Below are positions 46,192-56,900 of a stretch of DNA of 64,000 bases, one piece after another. This DNA comes from Vicinamibacteria bacterium (lineage in GTDB: Bacteria > Acidobacteriota > Vicinamibacteria > Marinacidobacterales > Marinacidobacteraceae): positions 1,536,001 to 1,600,000 of the forward strand of contig OZ241322.1 of the NCBI GenBank assembly GCA_965199715.1. Reading direction: 5' to 3'. The notes under the pieces are model-generated. The model did no database searches. It was not told where the DNA came from and saw nothing but the letters and a program-made list of their open reading frames with translations. The position numbers and the translations under genes are program-made. Positions within the stretch are counted from its first letter, which is position 1. The number at the start of each line of letters is the position of its first letter.

Positions 46192-48999
46192 TCAGCGGTC
46201 GTAATTCATGAGATACGTGGCCACGGCCCGCATCTGGGCCATGGGATCGCCGTCGAGAACGTCCGGCAGCGCGGTGACGAGGTTCCCCTGCTGGTCGGTG
46301 GGCCAGAACTGCGGCATCTGGGTGCCTGGCGTGATTCCCTGGGGGTCGAGCAGCCAGTCCACGATCCAGTCGTGCGTGAGCCGCTCGCCGGAAAGGCGGA
46401 ACGACGGGGCGAGCTGCGCCGCGTCCATCGTGCCGGCGGCGGAGGCGATGTGGCAGCGCTCGCACTGGAGCTGGTCGAGGAGCTGGGCGCCGACCCGCAG
46501 CGCGGCCCGCGTCGTCTCGCGCTCGTCCTCGGCGTCGAACGGCTGGCCGCCGTCCATCGCGAGGAAGCCGGTGACCAACGTGTTCGCCTCCTCCGGCGTG
46601 AAGTCGAAGGTCGGCATCCGGGCCTGCATCCAGAAACGGACCTCGCTCGGCTCCCGCAGGAAGTGGTAGAGCCAGTCGGCCTGGGTGCGGGCGCCCTGGG
46701 TGTTCAGGTTCGGCGGATGCATGCCCGAATCCGCGATCGCTTCGTAGATCCCGCCGCCCGCGCCGTCGATGACGTGGCAGCCGCGGCAGTTGTAGTCATG
46801 GATCAGGCGGCGGGCGTCCTCGGCGACCGCCTCGGCCGCGGAGAGCGTCTTGACCCCTTCCATCGGGAACTCGTCGTTCACCTGCCCCAGCACGTTGCGC
46901 ACGAGGTTGAGCCGGTCCGAGTCCTCGAACGCGAAGTACGGCATCCGCAGCTTCTCGCCCGGCAGCTTCTCCTTGCCCCGGTCGTAGCTCCTCGGCGCCG
47001 CCAGCTTGTTGTCCAGCCACGCCTGGCGGGTGTGCGGAACGTCCACGTACCCGAAATCCAGCCGCGTGACCATCTTGGAGCCCCACGTCGAGAGATCCAC
47101 CCCGATGTTCTGGGCTTCCTCGAATCCCGAGATCTCGTGGCAGCCGAAGCAGCCGTAGCGGAGGATGAGACGCTCGCCGGAGTACAGCAGCTTGTCCTGC
47201 TCGGACATCTCCGCGAGCCGTTCGTCGGCCAGCCGCTGCGGCAGCCCGGCGCGGAGGAACTCGCTGGTGATGACGTCCAGCTCGCCGGCGTCCATCGCCG
47301 GCCCGGCCCCGGCCATGAACTCGGGGGTCTCGCGGGAGACGAGCCACGCGGTGACGTCCGCCGCCTCCCGGTTCGTGAGCCGGAGGCTCGGCATGAAGGT
47401 GTCGGCCCAGTGGCTCTTCGGATCGCGGATCCACTCGTAGATGAAGCCCGGATCCAGCTTCGTGCCCGTGCCGGTGAGCGCGGGGCCGCGGCGGCGGTAG
47501 ATGCTCGCGTCGGCGTAGCCGGCCTCGTCGGTCAGGTGGCAGCCGGTGCAGCCCACCTCGGCGAAAAGCGTCTCGCCCCGCCCGGCGTCGCCGGGCGGCG
47601 GGGCCGGGTACTTCGGCTCGTCCGCGGCGCGGTCGAAGATGTACTCGACGATCGCCGCGACCTCGGTGTCGTTGCGCGCCCCGTGGTCGGCGTCGGGGTT
47701 GTTCTCCAGGTCCCAGAACTTCGGCATCCACGTGGAGCTGCGGAACGACTTCGGGTCCTTGACCCAGCGGGCGACGAAGTCCTGCGTGGTCTTGGTGGCG
47801 ATCCGGTTCAGCGAGGGGCCGCGCTTGCGCTTGCCCTCGAAGCCCGCGGTGTTGTGGCAGCCGTAGCAGCCGGCCAGCTCGTAGGTGAGCCGGCTGTCGT
47901 TCAGGTGGGTCGCCTGCGGCACGAAGACCTGGTCGCGGTGGCACTTGATGCAGCCGGCCTCGGTGACGTTCGCCGGGAACATCGGGCTGTCCCAGTAGTG
48001 ATCTTCCCGCCAGTCGTACTTCTCGACCCACTCGAGCTCCTGCTCGTGGTTCTGCGGGCTGTGGGTCGCGCCGGTGAAGGTGAGGCGGCGGCCCCGGCCC
48101 TCGTGGCACGAGGTGCAGCCGAAGTCATCGAGTCCGTGCGCCGATTCGCGGCTCACGTAGAGGTCGAGGTTCGGGTGGGCGCGGAAGGGCTGGGGCGCGT
48201 CCGCGTACTCGGGGTTGTCGATCCCGAGGTGGCAGGTCTGGCAGCGGTCGATCCGAGACACTTGCGCGAAGCTGAGGTCCTCGGTCACGTTGCGGACCAG
48301 AACCTGCTGGACCTCGATCGACGGATCGATGAAGTCCACGAGCGGCAGGTTGCGGAAGGTGTTCGGCAGGCTCGGGCGGAGGCTGTCGCGGCGGAGCCGG
48401 GCGAGCGACACGGCCTGGGTCAGGTCGTCGCGCTCCCCGCCCAGTTCCGAGATCCGGGAGAGCAGCTCCCGGCGCTCGGCGCGGAGGCCGCCCAGATCGT
48501 GGTCGAGGCTCACCCGGACGTCCCTCGCGGCGAAGAAGTCGGTCTCGAGCGTCCGGAACTCCTCGTCGCCGATGGCCTTGCCCCACGGGACCCCCCGGGC
48601 CTTCGTCTCCTCGTAGAAGAACTTGTCCGAGTCGTACACCGCCTTCAGCTCGCGCTCCCGGATGTCGGCGAGCGTGCGCTCGACGTCCAGCTCGCCGATC
48701 CGGGCGTCGATGGCGTCCAGCGCGCCCTGCTCGGCTGCGAGCGCGGCCTCGGCCTCGGCGAGCGCGGCCTCGACCCGCTGCAGCTCGGCCTGGTTCACCG
48801 ACTGGAGCGCCGCCTGCTCCTGGGCGGCGGCCTTCTCGCGCTCCATCGCCGTGAACTGCCGCTGGTAGTCCTTCCACTCCCGCGCGTAGTCGAACCAGAC
48901 CATCCAGAGCGTCGAGGCGAGGAGGAGGGCGCTCGAGAACGCGAAGACGACGTGCAGCGCCTTGATGTTGTGCGCGTGGCCGGGAGCGACTTTCGACAA
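46192..48999 (-). CDS. membrane-anchored octaheme cytochrome c with N-terminal coiled coil
   Basis: eight CxxCH: CQTCH, CTSCH, CIKCH, CYGCH, CTGCH, CFGCH, CRGCH, CERCH. Confidence 0.9.
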   Translation of the reverse strand: MSKVAPGHAHNIKALHVVFAFSSALLLASTLWMVWFDYAREWKDYQRQFTAMEREKAAAQEQAALQSVNQAELQRVEAALAEAEAALAAEQGALDAIDARIGELDVERTLADIRERELKAVYDSDKFFYEETKARGVPWGKAIGDEEFRTLETDFFAARDVRVSLDHDLGGLRAERRELLSRISELGGERDDLTQAVSLARLRRDSLRPSLPNTFRNLPLVDFIDPSIEVQQVLVRNVTEDLSFAQVSRIDRCQTCHLGIDNPEYADAPQPFRAHPNLDLYVSRESAHGLDDFGCTSCHEGRGRRLTFTGATHSPQNHEQELEWVEKYDWREDHYWDSPMFPANVTEAGCIKCHRDQVFVPQATHLNDSRLTYELAGCYGCHNTAGFEGKRKRGPSLNRIATKTTQDFVARWVKDPKSFRSSTWMPKFWDLENNPDADHGARNDTEVAAIVEYIFDRAADEPKYPAPPPGDAGRGETLFAEVGCTGCHLTDEAGYADASIYRRRGPALTGTGTKLDPGFIYEWIRDPKSHWADTFMPSLRLTNREAADVTAWLVSRETPEFMAGAGPAMDAGELDVITSEFLRAGLPQRLADERLAEMSEQDKLLYSGERLILRYGCFGCHEISGFEEAQNIGVDLSTWGSKMVTRLDFGYVDVPHTRQAWLDNKLAAPRSYDRGKEKLPGEKLRMPYFAFEDSDRLNLVRNVLGQVNDEFPMEGVKTLSAAEAVAEDARRLIHDYNCRGCHVIDGAGGGIYEAIADSGMHPPNLNTQGARTQADWLYHFLREPSEVRFWMQARMPTFDFTPEEANTLVTGFLAMDGGQPFDAEDERETTRAALRVGAQLLDQLQCERCHIASAAGTMDAAQLAPSFRLSGERLTHDWIVDWLLDPQGITPGTQMPQFWPTDQQGNLVTALPDVLDGDPMAQMRAVATYLMNYDR

Positions 49000-49011
49000 G
49001 ACGAACCGTTC

Positions 49012-50133
49012 CTAGATGTTGAAGAAGATCTCGGGGAAGGCGACGATGTACTTCAGGTTGAAGAACCAGCGCAGGTACATCTTGATGGGCAGGCTCAGCA
49101 TCATCAGGAAGAGCGAAACTCCGACGTAGTAGCGCACCGCTCCCATCTTCTCGTAGTACTTGTTGAGGCTCAGCCACTTGAGGCCCGCGGGGAACCGCGA
49201 ATTCGGCCACGAGAGGGCCACCGGCAGCACGAGCACGTAGGCGCCCACCATGAGCACGCCGAGCCATTCGCGCAGTAGCGCGTTGAAGAGGCCCCCCGAC
49301 GGCAGCGGCATCCCGAGCAGCTTCACCCAGAAGAAGTCGGAGACGTTGACGTTCAGCAGCGGCTCCACCCGGTGGACGTCCCAGTACTCGTAGGGGCCGA
49401 AGAAGTTCCAGTTGGGCCCGCGCAGGAAGGTGCCCGAGACGACGAGCACCGACCACAGGATCAGGAAGCCGTAGAGGAAGATCGCGATCTCGGCCTTCCG
49501 CTCCTTGAACGTGTAGTAGCCGTTCCCCTTGGGGTTCGTGTCGATGTAGGGGATGGCCATGAGCCCGACGATGATGAGCGTCGGGAACACCACGCCGGCG
49601 AGCCACGGGTCGAAATAGACCAGCATCTCCTGGAGGCCGAGGAAGTACCACGGAGCCTTCGAGGGGTTCGGCGAGTCGGCGGGGTTCGCCGGTTGCTCGA
49701 GCGGCGCGGCGAGGAGGATGGACCAGACCAGCAGCACCACGCTGAGCAGGACCATCGCCAGCATTTCGGTATAGACGAGGTCGGGCCAGACCCAGACCTT
49801 CTCCGACTCCGCCTTCTCCAGCGGCGGCTCGCCCGCGGCCTTCCGCCGATCGTTCTCGAGCCCCTGGTGCATCGCGTACCAAGTGAAGAAGAGGACGAGG
49901 AAGAGGACTCCGGTGATCGGGATGTTGTCCGGCTTGGCGACGATCAGGAGGAAGTTCGGGTCCCACATGCTCGCGACGTAGAACACCGAGAAGACGGCGA
50001 AGAAGGCCTTCGCCGCGGTCCGGTGCCAGACGCCGGTGAAGCGGAAGGCGAGCAGGAGGCCGACCGTGCAGATGGTGAACAGCACCGTCGGGCCGGAGCC
50101 CCAGTTCACGATGTTCCGGAAGAGATCGAGCAC
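49012..50133 (-). CDS. cytochrome b C-terminal/subunit IV-like membrane protein
   Basis: WPDLVY, PLEQPANP..PNPSKAPWYFLGLQE (PEWY equivalent), extra TM helices. Confidence 0.82.
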   Translation of the reverse strand: MLDLFRNIVNWGSGPTVLFTICTVGLLLAFRFTGVWHRTAAKAFFAVFSVFYVASMWDPNFLLIVAKPDNIPITGVLFLVLFFTWYAMHQGLENDRRKAAGEPPLEKAESEKVWVWPDLVYTEMLAMVLLSVVLLVWSILLAAPLEQPANPADSPNPSKAPWYFLGLQEMLVYFDPWLAGVVFPTLIIVGLMAIPYIDTNPKGNGYYTFKERKAEIAIFLYGFLILWSVLVVSGTFLRGPNWNFFGPYEYWDVHRVEPLLNVNVSDFFWVKLLGMPLPSGGLFNALLREWLGVLMVGAYVLVLPVALSWPNSRFPAGLKWLSLNKYYEKMGAVRYYVGVSLFLMMLSLPIKMYLRWFFNLKYIVAFPEIFFNI

Positions 50134-50196
50134 GCTGTCAGCCGTTTCGGGTTTCGGTTGCGGGGGCGGAGATCACGGGATGACGACTGCGGCCGG

Positions 50197-50997
50197 CTAC
50201 ATCGGGCCGGAGATTCCTCCGTCCTTGCGGACCCGCCAGAAATGCACCGCCATGAGGACCGCGGCGACGAGCGGAAGCCCCACGCAGTGCAGCACGTAGA
50301 AGCGCAGGAGCGTCGGCTGGCCGATCGAGCGGGCGCCCAGAAGGGCGAAGCGGGCGTCGTTCCCGGTGTTGACGAGGCTGATGTCCCCGAGCGTGAGCGA
50401 CGCGCTGAGCGGCCCCTCGGTGCCGAGCAGCGGGGTCGCGCGGGCCATGTTCGAGCCCACCGCGATCGCCCAGATCGCGAGCTGGTCCCACGGCAGCAGG
50501 TAGCCGGTGAAGGACAGCAGCAGGGTGAGGACGAGCAGCACCACGCCGATGCCCCAGTTGAACTCGCGCGGCGGCTTGTAGGAGCCGGTCATGAACACCC
50601 GGAGCATGTGCAGCCAGACGGTGATGACCATGGCGTGGGCGCCCCACCGGTGCAGCTCCCGCATGATGCCGAGCGGGACGTGCTCTTGCAGGTCCACGAT
50701 GTCCGCGTAGGCGTACTCGACCGTGGGCCGGTAGTAGAACATCAGGAGCAGGCCGGTGAAGGTCAGGACGAGGAACAGGAAGAAGGTCACGCCGCCCATG
50801 CACCAGGTGTAGCGGAGCTTGATCCCCGCCTTCCGCGACTTCACCGGGTGGAGGTGCAGGAACACGTTGCTCATCATCACGAGCGCGCGGTTCCGGTTGC
50901 TCACCGGCTTCCCGTGCCGGAAGACCGAGGACCAGATCTGGTTGTTGGTGGCTTCCTTCCAGGCTCCCTTGAGCGAATCGAGGATGCGGTTCAGCAC
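50197..50997 (-). CDS. petB: cytochrome b6-like N-terminal subunit
   Basis: [42 protein letters not shown]. Confidence 0.88.
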   Translation of the reverse strand: MLNRILDSLKGAWKEATNNQIWSSVFRHGKPVSNRNRALVMMSNVFLHLHPVKSRKAGIKLRYTWCMGGVTFFLFLVLTFTGLLLMFYYRPTVEYAYADIVDLQEHVPLGIMRELHRWGAHAMVITVWLHMLRVFMTGSYKPPREFNWGIGVVLLVLTLLLSFTGYLLPWDQLAIWAIAVGSNMARATPLLGTEGPLSASLTLGDISLVNTGNDARFALLGARSIGQPTLLRFYVLHCVGLPLVAAVLMAVHFWRVRKDGGISGPM

Positions 50998-51012
50998 GGG
51001 CGGGCGCTCCGA

Positions 51013-51588
51013 TCAGACCATGGGGAGGAACGAGTTGGTGTCCTCCCACTGGTTGGCCTCGAACTTGTAGAGGCGGGACTTGTCGATGAGGATCTGGCCG
51101 TCGTCGGCGAGGCTCACGCCGACCCGTTCCAGCGGACGGGGCGCCGGCCCCTCGAAGTTGATGCCGCTGATGTAGAACCCGCTGCCGTGGCAGGGGCACT
51201 TGAACTTGGACTCGGCCTCGAGCCAGTTGGGCGTGCAGCCGAGGTGGGTGCAGATCGTCGAGAGCGCGTAGATCTTTTCCTCGTCGCGGACGATCCAGAC
51301 CTGGTAGCGCTCCTTGAAGCGGGTGTCCACCACGCCGATCGCGAAGTCGTCGGGGAACCCGGCCGTGAAAGTCGAGGGCGGCTCGGTGAGCACGTTCGGG
51401 AACATGAACCGCCCGGCGGCGGTCAGCCCGGCGCCGACGGCGGCGATGAAGAACCCCCACGCGATGGCGAGGAACGGAAACTCGCGGCGGGTGACCTTCT
51501 GCGCGCCGGCCTTGGGGGACCGTTTCGGGGCGACCTTCGGAGGAGGCTTCGGAGCGCTCGCCGCGGGAGGGTCAGTCGTTTCGGGCAT
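51013..51588 (-). CDS. petC: Rieske iron-sulfur protein
   Basis: TRREF Tat anchor, CTHLGC and CPCHGS, GPAPRPL. Confidence 0.92.
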   Translation of the reverse strand: MPETTDPPAASAPKPPPKVAPKRSPKAGAQKVTRREFPFLAIAWGFFIAAVGAGLTAAGRFMFPNVLTEPPSTFTAGFPDDFAIGVVDTRFKERYQVWIVRDEEKIYALSTICTHLGCTPNWLEAESKFKCPCHGSGFYISGINFEGPAPRPLERVGVSLADDGQILIDKSRLYKFEANQWEDTNSFLPMV

Positions 51589-51653
51589 CGGGAACTCGGA
51601 TGGGCTGATGGGCGAGCGGCCGCAATTCTATATGGAAGCCGGCCCGGTTTCGG

Positions 51654-52541
51654 TCATTGGGGAAGGGTCGGCGCGGCCATGTCGCCGGCGGCGAGCACGC
51701 GCAGCGCGACCTCGCGGGTTCGCAGGTCCGGGTCGGAGGCCCCGATCTCCCGCAACGCCTCCAGCACCCGGGGCGACCGGAGCGCTCCGGCGGCCTGGAT
51801 GGCGCTCAGCCGGGCCAGCATCCGCTCGCCCTCCCCGACGCCGGCGAGGCCGTTCCAGTAGGCGGGCCCCAGCATCCCGAGCAGGCGGCCCTCGGCGCTC
51901 GGATCGCCGAGCCGGGCGAGCGCGACGACCGCGTTCATGGACACGTCGATCTCGGGATCGTCCATTGCGCGCAGCAGCGAATCGGCGCCCCTCGGGTCGC
52001 CGATGGCGCCGAGCGCGTACACCGCCATGGTCCGCACGCCGGCGTCGGCGGACCGGCTCGCCGCGATCAGGGCGTCCACGGATCCCGGGCCGCCGATCGC
52101 GCCGAGCGCCCACGCGGCGTACACCTGGACCGTCGGGTCGTCGTCGTCGAGCGCCTCGACGAGCGCCGGCGTCGCGCGCGGGGTTCCGATGGTCCCGAGC
52201 GCCAGCGCGAGGTACTGGCGCACCCACGGGTCGGTCCGGGGGGCCTCCTCGAAGGCGCGCACCAGCTCCGGGGCGAGCGTGCGGTAGTCCTCGGCCTCGC
52301 CGTGCTGGATCCGGTTCGCCAGCTCGAACGCCGCCTGCCGCCGCTCGCGGGCGTTGCCGGAGCGGACGCGGTTCAGGTAGTCCTCGGCGGTGGTGTCGTC
52401 GGAAACCAGCCACGCGAACCCGAGGAACAGCCCGACGCCGACGACGACCACCCCCATCGGGATGACGAAGAGCTGGAGGAGGGTGCGGGCGAAGGAGACG
52501 TCCGGCTCGGCGTCGGGCGTCGGGCTCGCGGGCTCGGTCAT
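51654..52541 (-). CDS. membrane-anchored HEAT repeat protein
   Basis: one TM then repeated VR..AA.ALGAIG units. Confidence 0.85.
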   Translation of the reverse strand: MTEPASPTPDAEPDVSFARTLLQLFVIPMGVVVVGVGLFLGFAWLVSDDTTAEDYLNRVRSGNARERRQAAFELANRIQHGEAEDYRTLAPELVRAFEEAPRTDPWVRQYLALALGTIGTPRATPALVEALDDDDPTVQVYAAWALGAIGGPGSVDALIAASRSADAGVRTMAVYALGAIGDPRGADSLLRAMDDPEIDVSMNAVVALARLGDPSAEGRLLGMLGPAYWNGLAGVGEGERMLARLSAIQAAGALRSPRVLEALREIGASDPDLRTREVALRVLAAGDMAAPTLPQ

Positions 52542-52555
52542 CGATCAACCGGGAA

Positions 52556-53572
52556 TCATGGCGCCGCCGGCAGCGCGCCGAGACCGCGCATCAGCGCCAG
52601 ATCGGCGAGGACGCCCTCTAGCGTGGCGATGTCCACGGTCTGCGCCGGGTCGGTGTAGGCGGTGTCGGGGTGCGTGTGGGCCTCGACGAGGAGCCCGGCG
52701 GCGCCCACGCCGATGGCGGCGCGGGCGAGCGGGCGCACCCGGCTGCGGTGCGCGACCGAGCGCGAGGGGGCCACGAGCACCGGGAGATGGGAGATCTCGC
52801 GGGCGACCGGGACGGCGTGCAGGTCGAGCACGGTCCGGCCCTGCCCGCCGGTGCGCACGCCGCGCTCGCAGAGCGCCACGTCGTGCTTCTCCCGGGCCAG
52901 CAGCGATTCGGCGGCCATGAGCCACTCCTCGATGGAGGCCGAGGGAGCGCGTTCGAGGATCACCGGGATGCGGAACCCGGCGACGACCTCGAGGAGCGGC
53001 TCGTTTCCCATGTGGCTCGCCGGCACCTGGACCGCGTCCACCCGCTCGGCCACGTCCGCCGCCGAGCGCGGATCCACCACGTCGGAGACGATCGGAAGCC
53101 CGGTCTCCGCCCGCACGCGCTCCAGCGTGTGGAGCCCCTCGTCGCCGATCCCGCCGAACTGGTAGGGGCCGATCCGCTCGGACCAGAGCCGGGCGCGGAA
53201 GATCCGGACGCCGGCGGCGCGCACCCGCCGGGCGATCGCGAGCGTGCGGGCCTCGGTCTCGACGCTGCCGGGGCCGGCGATGACGACCGGCTCGGGCCCG
53301 CCCACCCGCACGTCGCCGATATGGACCTCGGTGCTCTCGGGATGGACCTCGCGGCTGACGAGTTTCCACGGCTTCGTGACCCGGATGCACTGGGCGACGC
53401 CCGGCAGCCGAACGATGTAGGAGTCGTCCACCGGGCCCCGGTTTCCGGTGACGCAGATGGCGGTGCGGCCTGCGCCGGGAACCCGCAGCGGCGCGTAGCC
53501 CATGTCCCGGATCGCGGACTCGACCCGCCGGCACTGGTCCTCGGTGGGACCGGGCTGCATGATGACGAGCAT
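52556..53572 (-). CDS. DAHP synthase (type I-beta, N-terminal regulatory domain) homolog with degenerate active site
   Basis: KPWKLVSREVHPE, IAGPGSVE, LCERGVRT, SHLPVLV; catalytic residues substituted (see findings). Confidence 0.85.
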   Translation of the reverse strand: MLVIMQPGPTEDQCRRVESAIRDMGYAPLRVPGAGRTAICVTGNRGPVDDSYIVRLPGVAQCIRVTKPWKLVSREVHPESTEVHIGDVRVGGPEPVVIAGPGSVETEARTLAIARRVRAAGVRIFRARLWSERIGPYQFGGIGDEGLHTLERVRAETGLPIVSDVVDPRSAADVAERVDAVQVPASHMGNEPLLEVVAGFRIPVILERAPSASIEEWLMAAESLLAREKHDVALCERGVRTGGQGRTVLDLHAVPVAREISHLPVLVAPSRSVAHRSRVRPLARAAIGVGAAGLLVEAHTHPDTAYTDPAQTVDIATLEGVLADLALMRGLGALPAAP

Positions 53573-53576
53573 CCTT

Positions 53577-54359
53577 CTATTCTCCGGGAGACAGTCGGCG
53601 GACCGCGCCGGCGAAGGCTTCGGGGAGCCGCTCGCGGTCGCTCCGGCCGATGACGCGGGCGAGGTGGCTGCCGACGACGGCGACCCGCGCGCCGGCTTCG
53701 AAGGCGCCCTCGACCTGGGACGAAGTCGAGATGCCGAACCCCAGGCAGACCGGCGTCGCGACGACGGCGACGACCTCCCGGACCCGGTCGAGCACCGGAT
53801 CGAAGGCGTCTTGGCGCACGCCGGTGACCCCTTGGAAACCGGCGAGATACAGCAGGTCCGACGCGCGGGCCAGCCGCGTCAGGCGGCCCTCGCCCGTGAG
53901 CGGCCCGGCGAGCTCGACGTGGCCGAGGCCGGCGCGGCGCGAGGCCCGGCGTAGCGGTCCGGCTTCGTCGAGCGGGATGTCCGGGGTCAGGAGCGACGAG
54001 GCCCCCGCCGCGGCCGCTTCCGACGCGAACCGCTCGTAGCCCATCCGGTGGACGAGGTTCCCGTAGATGAGCAGGTTCAGGGGCGTGTCCGGGCAGGCGT
54101 CCCGGATGCGCCCGAGGATTCCGAGCGCCGACCGGGTCGAGGTTCCGCCGGCGAGCGCGCGCTTCGCGGCCGCTTCGATCGCCGGCCCGTCGGCGACCGG
54201 GTCGCGGTAGGGGAACCCGAGTTCCAGCATCCCGGCCCCCGCCCCGACCGCGGTCCGCGCGAGCTCCACCGAGAGATCGGGGCTGGGGTCGCCGAGCATC
54301 AGGAACGGCGATACCCAAGGTCCGGCGGCCAGTTTCCGCCGCAGCAGCTTCCGGCTCAC
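53577..54359 (-). CDS. trpA: tryptophan synthase alpha chain
   Basis: [31 protein letters not shown]. Confidence 0.93.
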   Translation of the reverse strand: MSRKLLRRKLAAGPWVSPFLMLGDPSPDLSVELARTAVGAGAGMLELGFPYRDPVADGPAIEAAAKRALAGGTSTRSALGILGRIRDACPDTPLNLLIYGNLVHRMGYERFASEAAAAGASSLLTPDIPLDEAGPLRRASRRAGLGHVELAGPLTGEGRLTRLARASDLLYLAGFQGVTGVRQDAFDPVLDRVREVVAVVATPVCLGFGISTSSQVEGAFEAGARVAVVGSHLARVIGRSDRERLPEAFAGAVRRLSPGE

Positions 54360-55543
54360 GGGGTCCGCCCGAGCGCGAAGTAGGTCTCGAGGTCCTTGTC
54401 GCCCCGTCCCGACAGGTTCAGGAGGACGCGGGCTCCCTCGGGGAGTTCGCCCCGGCTGACGGCGGCGAGCGCGAACGCGAGGGCGTGCGCCGACTCGAGC
54501 GCCGGGACGATTCCCTCGCTCACGGAGAGGAACTCGAAGGCCTCGAGCGCCTCCTCGTCGGTCGCGGCGACGTAGCGGGCCCGCCCGGTCTCGCGAAGGT
54601 GCGCGTGCTCCGGCCCCACGCCGGGGTAGTCCAGCCCGGCGGAGACGCTCTCGGCCTCGAGGATCTGGCCGTCGTCGTCTTGGAGCACCATGGTGCGCGC
54701 GCCGTGGAGCAGGCCCGGCGAGCCCCGCACCAGCGTCGCCCCGTGGCGGCCGGTCTCGAGGCCCGCGCCGCCGGGTTCGACCCCGATCAGCCGGACGTCG
54801 GAGTCCTTCAGGAACGGCTGGAAGATCCCGATCGCGTTGCTGCCGCCGCCGACGCAGGCGACCACGGCGTCCGGGAGCCCGCCGCGTTGCCGCCGCCACT
54901 GGCGCCGGGCCTCGCGGCCGATCACCGACTGGAAATCCCGCACCAGCCTCGGAAAGGGATGCGGGCCGGCGGCGGTGCCCAGCAGGTAGTGGGTCGCGCC
55001 GAGCGAGCGGGTCCAGTCGCGCAGCGCCTCGTTGATCGCGTCCTTGAGCGTGCGCCCGCCGGCCGTCACCGGAATCACCTCCGCCCCGTTGAGGCGCATC
55101 CGCCGGACGTTCGGGGCCTGGCGCTCCATGTCCCGCTCGCCCATGTAGATCACCGCCTCCATGCCGAGCCGGGCGGCGATCATGGCGGTGGCGGTTCCGT
55201 GCTGGCCGGCCCCGGTCTCGGCGATCAGGCGCGTCTTGCCCATCCGCCGGGCGAGCAGCGCCTGCCCGAGCACGTTGTTCGCCTTGTGGGCCCCGCCGTG
55301 GAGAAGGTCCTCGCGCTTGAGGACGACCGCCAGGCCGGCGCGGCGCGAGAACGACGGCACCCGGGTGAGCGGGGTGGGGCGCCCGACCCATTCGCGGGCC
55401 TCCCGGTCCAGGTCCGCCCGGAATTCCGGATCGCGGACGAAGGTCCGGCGGGCCTCTTCCAGCTCCTCGAGCGCCGGGATCAGGAGGTCCGAGACGAAGC
55501 GCCCGCCGAACGCCCCGAAGCCGCCGACGCGGGGACGATTCAT
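54356..55543 (-). CDS. trpB: tryptophan synthase beta chain
   Basis: [50 protein letters not shown]. Confidence 0.96.
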   Translation of the reverse strand: MNRPRVGGFGAFGGRFVSDLLIPALEELEEARRTFVRDPEFRADLDREAREWVGRPTPLTRVPSFSRRAGLAVVLKREDLLHGGAHKANNVLGQALLARRMGKTRLIAETGAGQHGTATAMIAARLGMEAVIYMGERDMERQAPNVRRMRLNGAEVIPVTAGGRTLKDAINEALRDWTRSLGATHYLLGTAAGPHPFPRLVRDFQSVIGREARRQWRRQRGGLPDAVVACVGGGSNAIGIFQPFLKDSDVRLIGVEPGGAGLETGRHGATLVRGSPGLLHGARTMVLQDDDGQILEAESVSAGLDYPGVGPEHAHLRETGRARYVAATDEEALEAFEFLSVSEGIVPALESAHALAFALAAVSRGELPEGARVLLNLSGRGDKDLETYFALGRTP

Positions 55544-56154
55544 GATGCGGCGAGCTCGTCCACGAAGCGGCGCATCCGCTCGGGATCCTTGACTCCGGGG
55601 GCCGACTCGACCCCGCTGGAAACGTCCACGCCCCACGGCCGCCGCGGCGTGAGCCGGGCCACGTTCTCGGGGCGGAGGCCGCCCGCGATGAACGCCCGAT
55701 CGGGGGCGCGCTCGCCGAGGATGCGCCAGTCGAAAACCCGCCCGGTGCCGCCGCCCCCGACATCGAAGACGAGCGGCCCCTCCGCCGGCCGGGGAGGCCG
55801 GAAGTCCGGCAGCCGGGCGGCGCCGTCGGGAACCACGACGACCCGGTGAACGATGAAGCCGGCCGCCCGCAGCGCGTCGGCCCCGGAGCAGTCGAGGCCG
55901 TGGGGCTGGACCCGCTCCACGCCGAGGAAGCGGGCGTCCGCCTCCACCTGTTCCCGGCTGCGGCGTCCGGTGGCCAGCACCGGCCGCACTCCGGGGTCGG
56001 CCTCCCGCGCCGCCTCGATCACCCGGCGAGCCTCGTCGAGCGTGGCGGCGCGGGGGGAATCGGGGGCACGCACGATCCCGATCCAACGGGCGCCGAGCCG
56101 CACGGCGAGGCGGGCGTCCTCGGGCCGGCGGAGGCCGCAAATCTTGATCTCCAT
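55540..56154 (-). CDS. trpF: phosphoribosylanthranilate isomerase
   Basis: [29 protein letters not shown]. Confidence 0.93.
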   Translation of the reverse strand: MEIKICGLRRPEDARLAVRLGARWIGIVRAPDSPRAATLDEARRVIEAAREADPGVRPVLATGRRSREQVEADARFLGVERVQPHGLDCSGADALRAAGFIVHRVVVVPDGAARLPDFRPPRPAEGPLVFDVGGGGTGRVFDWRILGERAPDRAFIAGGLRPENVARLTPRRPWGVDVSSGVESAPGVKDPERMRRFVDELAAS

Positions 56155-56156
56155 GG

Positions 56157-56900
56157 CTACATGAACGCCGCCGGGTCGGGAGCGCGCATGAGCGCCGTTC
56201 CGATCAGGACCGCGTCCGCCCGGCCGCGGACGGGGTCGAGGTGCGCGGGCTCCAGATAGCCGCTCTCGGCCACGGCGATCCGGTCGTCCGGAACGCGATC
56301 CAGAAGGCGCTCGGCGCGGCGGCGGTCCACGTCCAACGTGTCCAGATCCCGGTTGTTCACTCCGACGATCGCGCCAGGGAGCCGCAGCGCTTGTTCCAGT
56401 TCGGCCGGATCGTGGACCTCGACGAGAACGTCGAGGCCGATCTCCTGCGCCTCGGCGTGGAGCGCCCGGAGTTCGCCGCCTTCGAGGCAGCGGACGATGA
56501 GCAGGACCGCCGAGGCCCCCGCGGCGCGCCCGGCGCGGATCTGCGCCGCGTCCACCACGAAATCCTTCATGAGCGCGGGGATCCCGGACGCGCCGGCGGC
56601 GGTCCCGAGGTCGGCGAGCGAGCCGCCGAACGCGCCGGGCGCGGTCAGGACCGAGAGCGCGGCGGCGCCGGCGGCTCGGTAGCGGCGCGCCTGCTCCGCC
56701 GGGTCGGCGTCGCGGATGCGTCCCTCGGAGGGGCTGCGGCGCTTGAACTCGGCGATCACCGAGAGTCGGTCGCGCCCCCGGATCGCCTCCGCGAACGACG
56801 GCGGCGGAAACGCCGGGAGCACCGGCTCGGGGCCGGCGTTGAGCGCCGCGGCGCGCTCCCGGGCGGACCGGACGAGTCCGGCCATCACCCCGTCGGTCAC
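56157..56900 (-). CDS. trpC: indole-3-glycerol phosphate synthase
   Basis: [38 protein letters not shown]. Confidence 0.93.
   Translation of the reverse strand: MTDGVMAGLVRSARERAAALNAGPEPVLPAFPPPSFAEAIRGRDRLSVIAEFKRRSPSEGRIRDADPAEQARRYRAAGAAALSVLTAPGAFGGSLADLGTAAGASGIPALMKDFVVDAAQIRAGRAAGASAVLLIVRCLEGGELRALHAEAQEIGLDVLVEVHDPAELEQALRLPGAIVGVNNRDLDTLDVDRRRAERLLDRVPDDRIAVAESGYLEPAHLDPVRGRADAVLIGTALMRAPDPAAFM

Noticed and set aside
46192-51588. Alternative complex III or hydroxylamine/nitrite octaheme enzyme
   Set aside because: No molybdopterin-like or NrfD subunits are present; the Rieske and cytochrome b context indicates a bc-type complex
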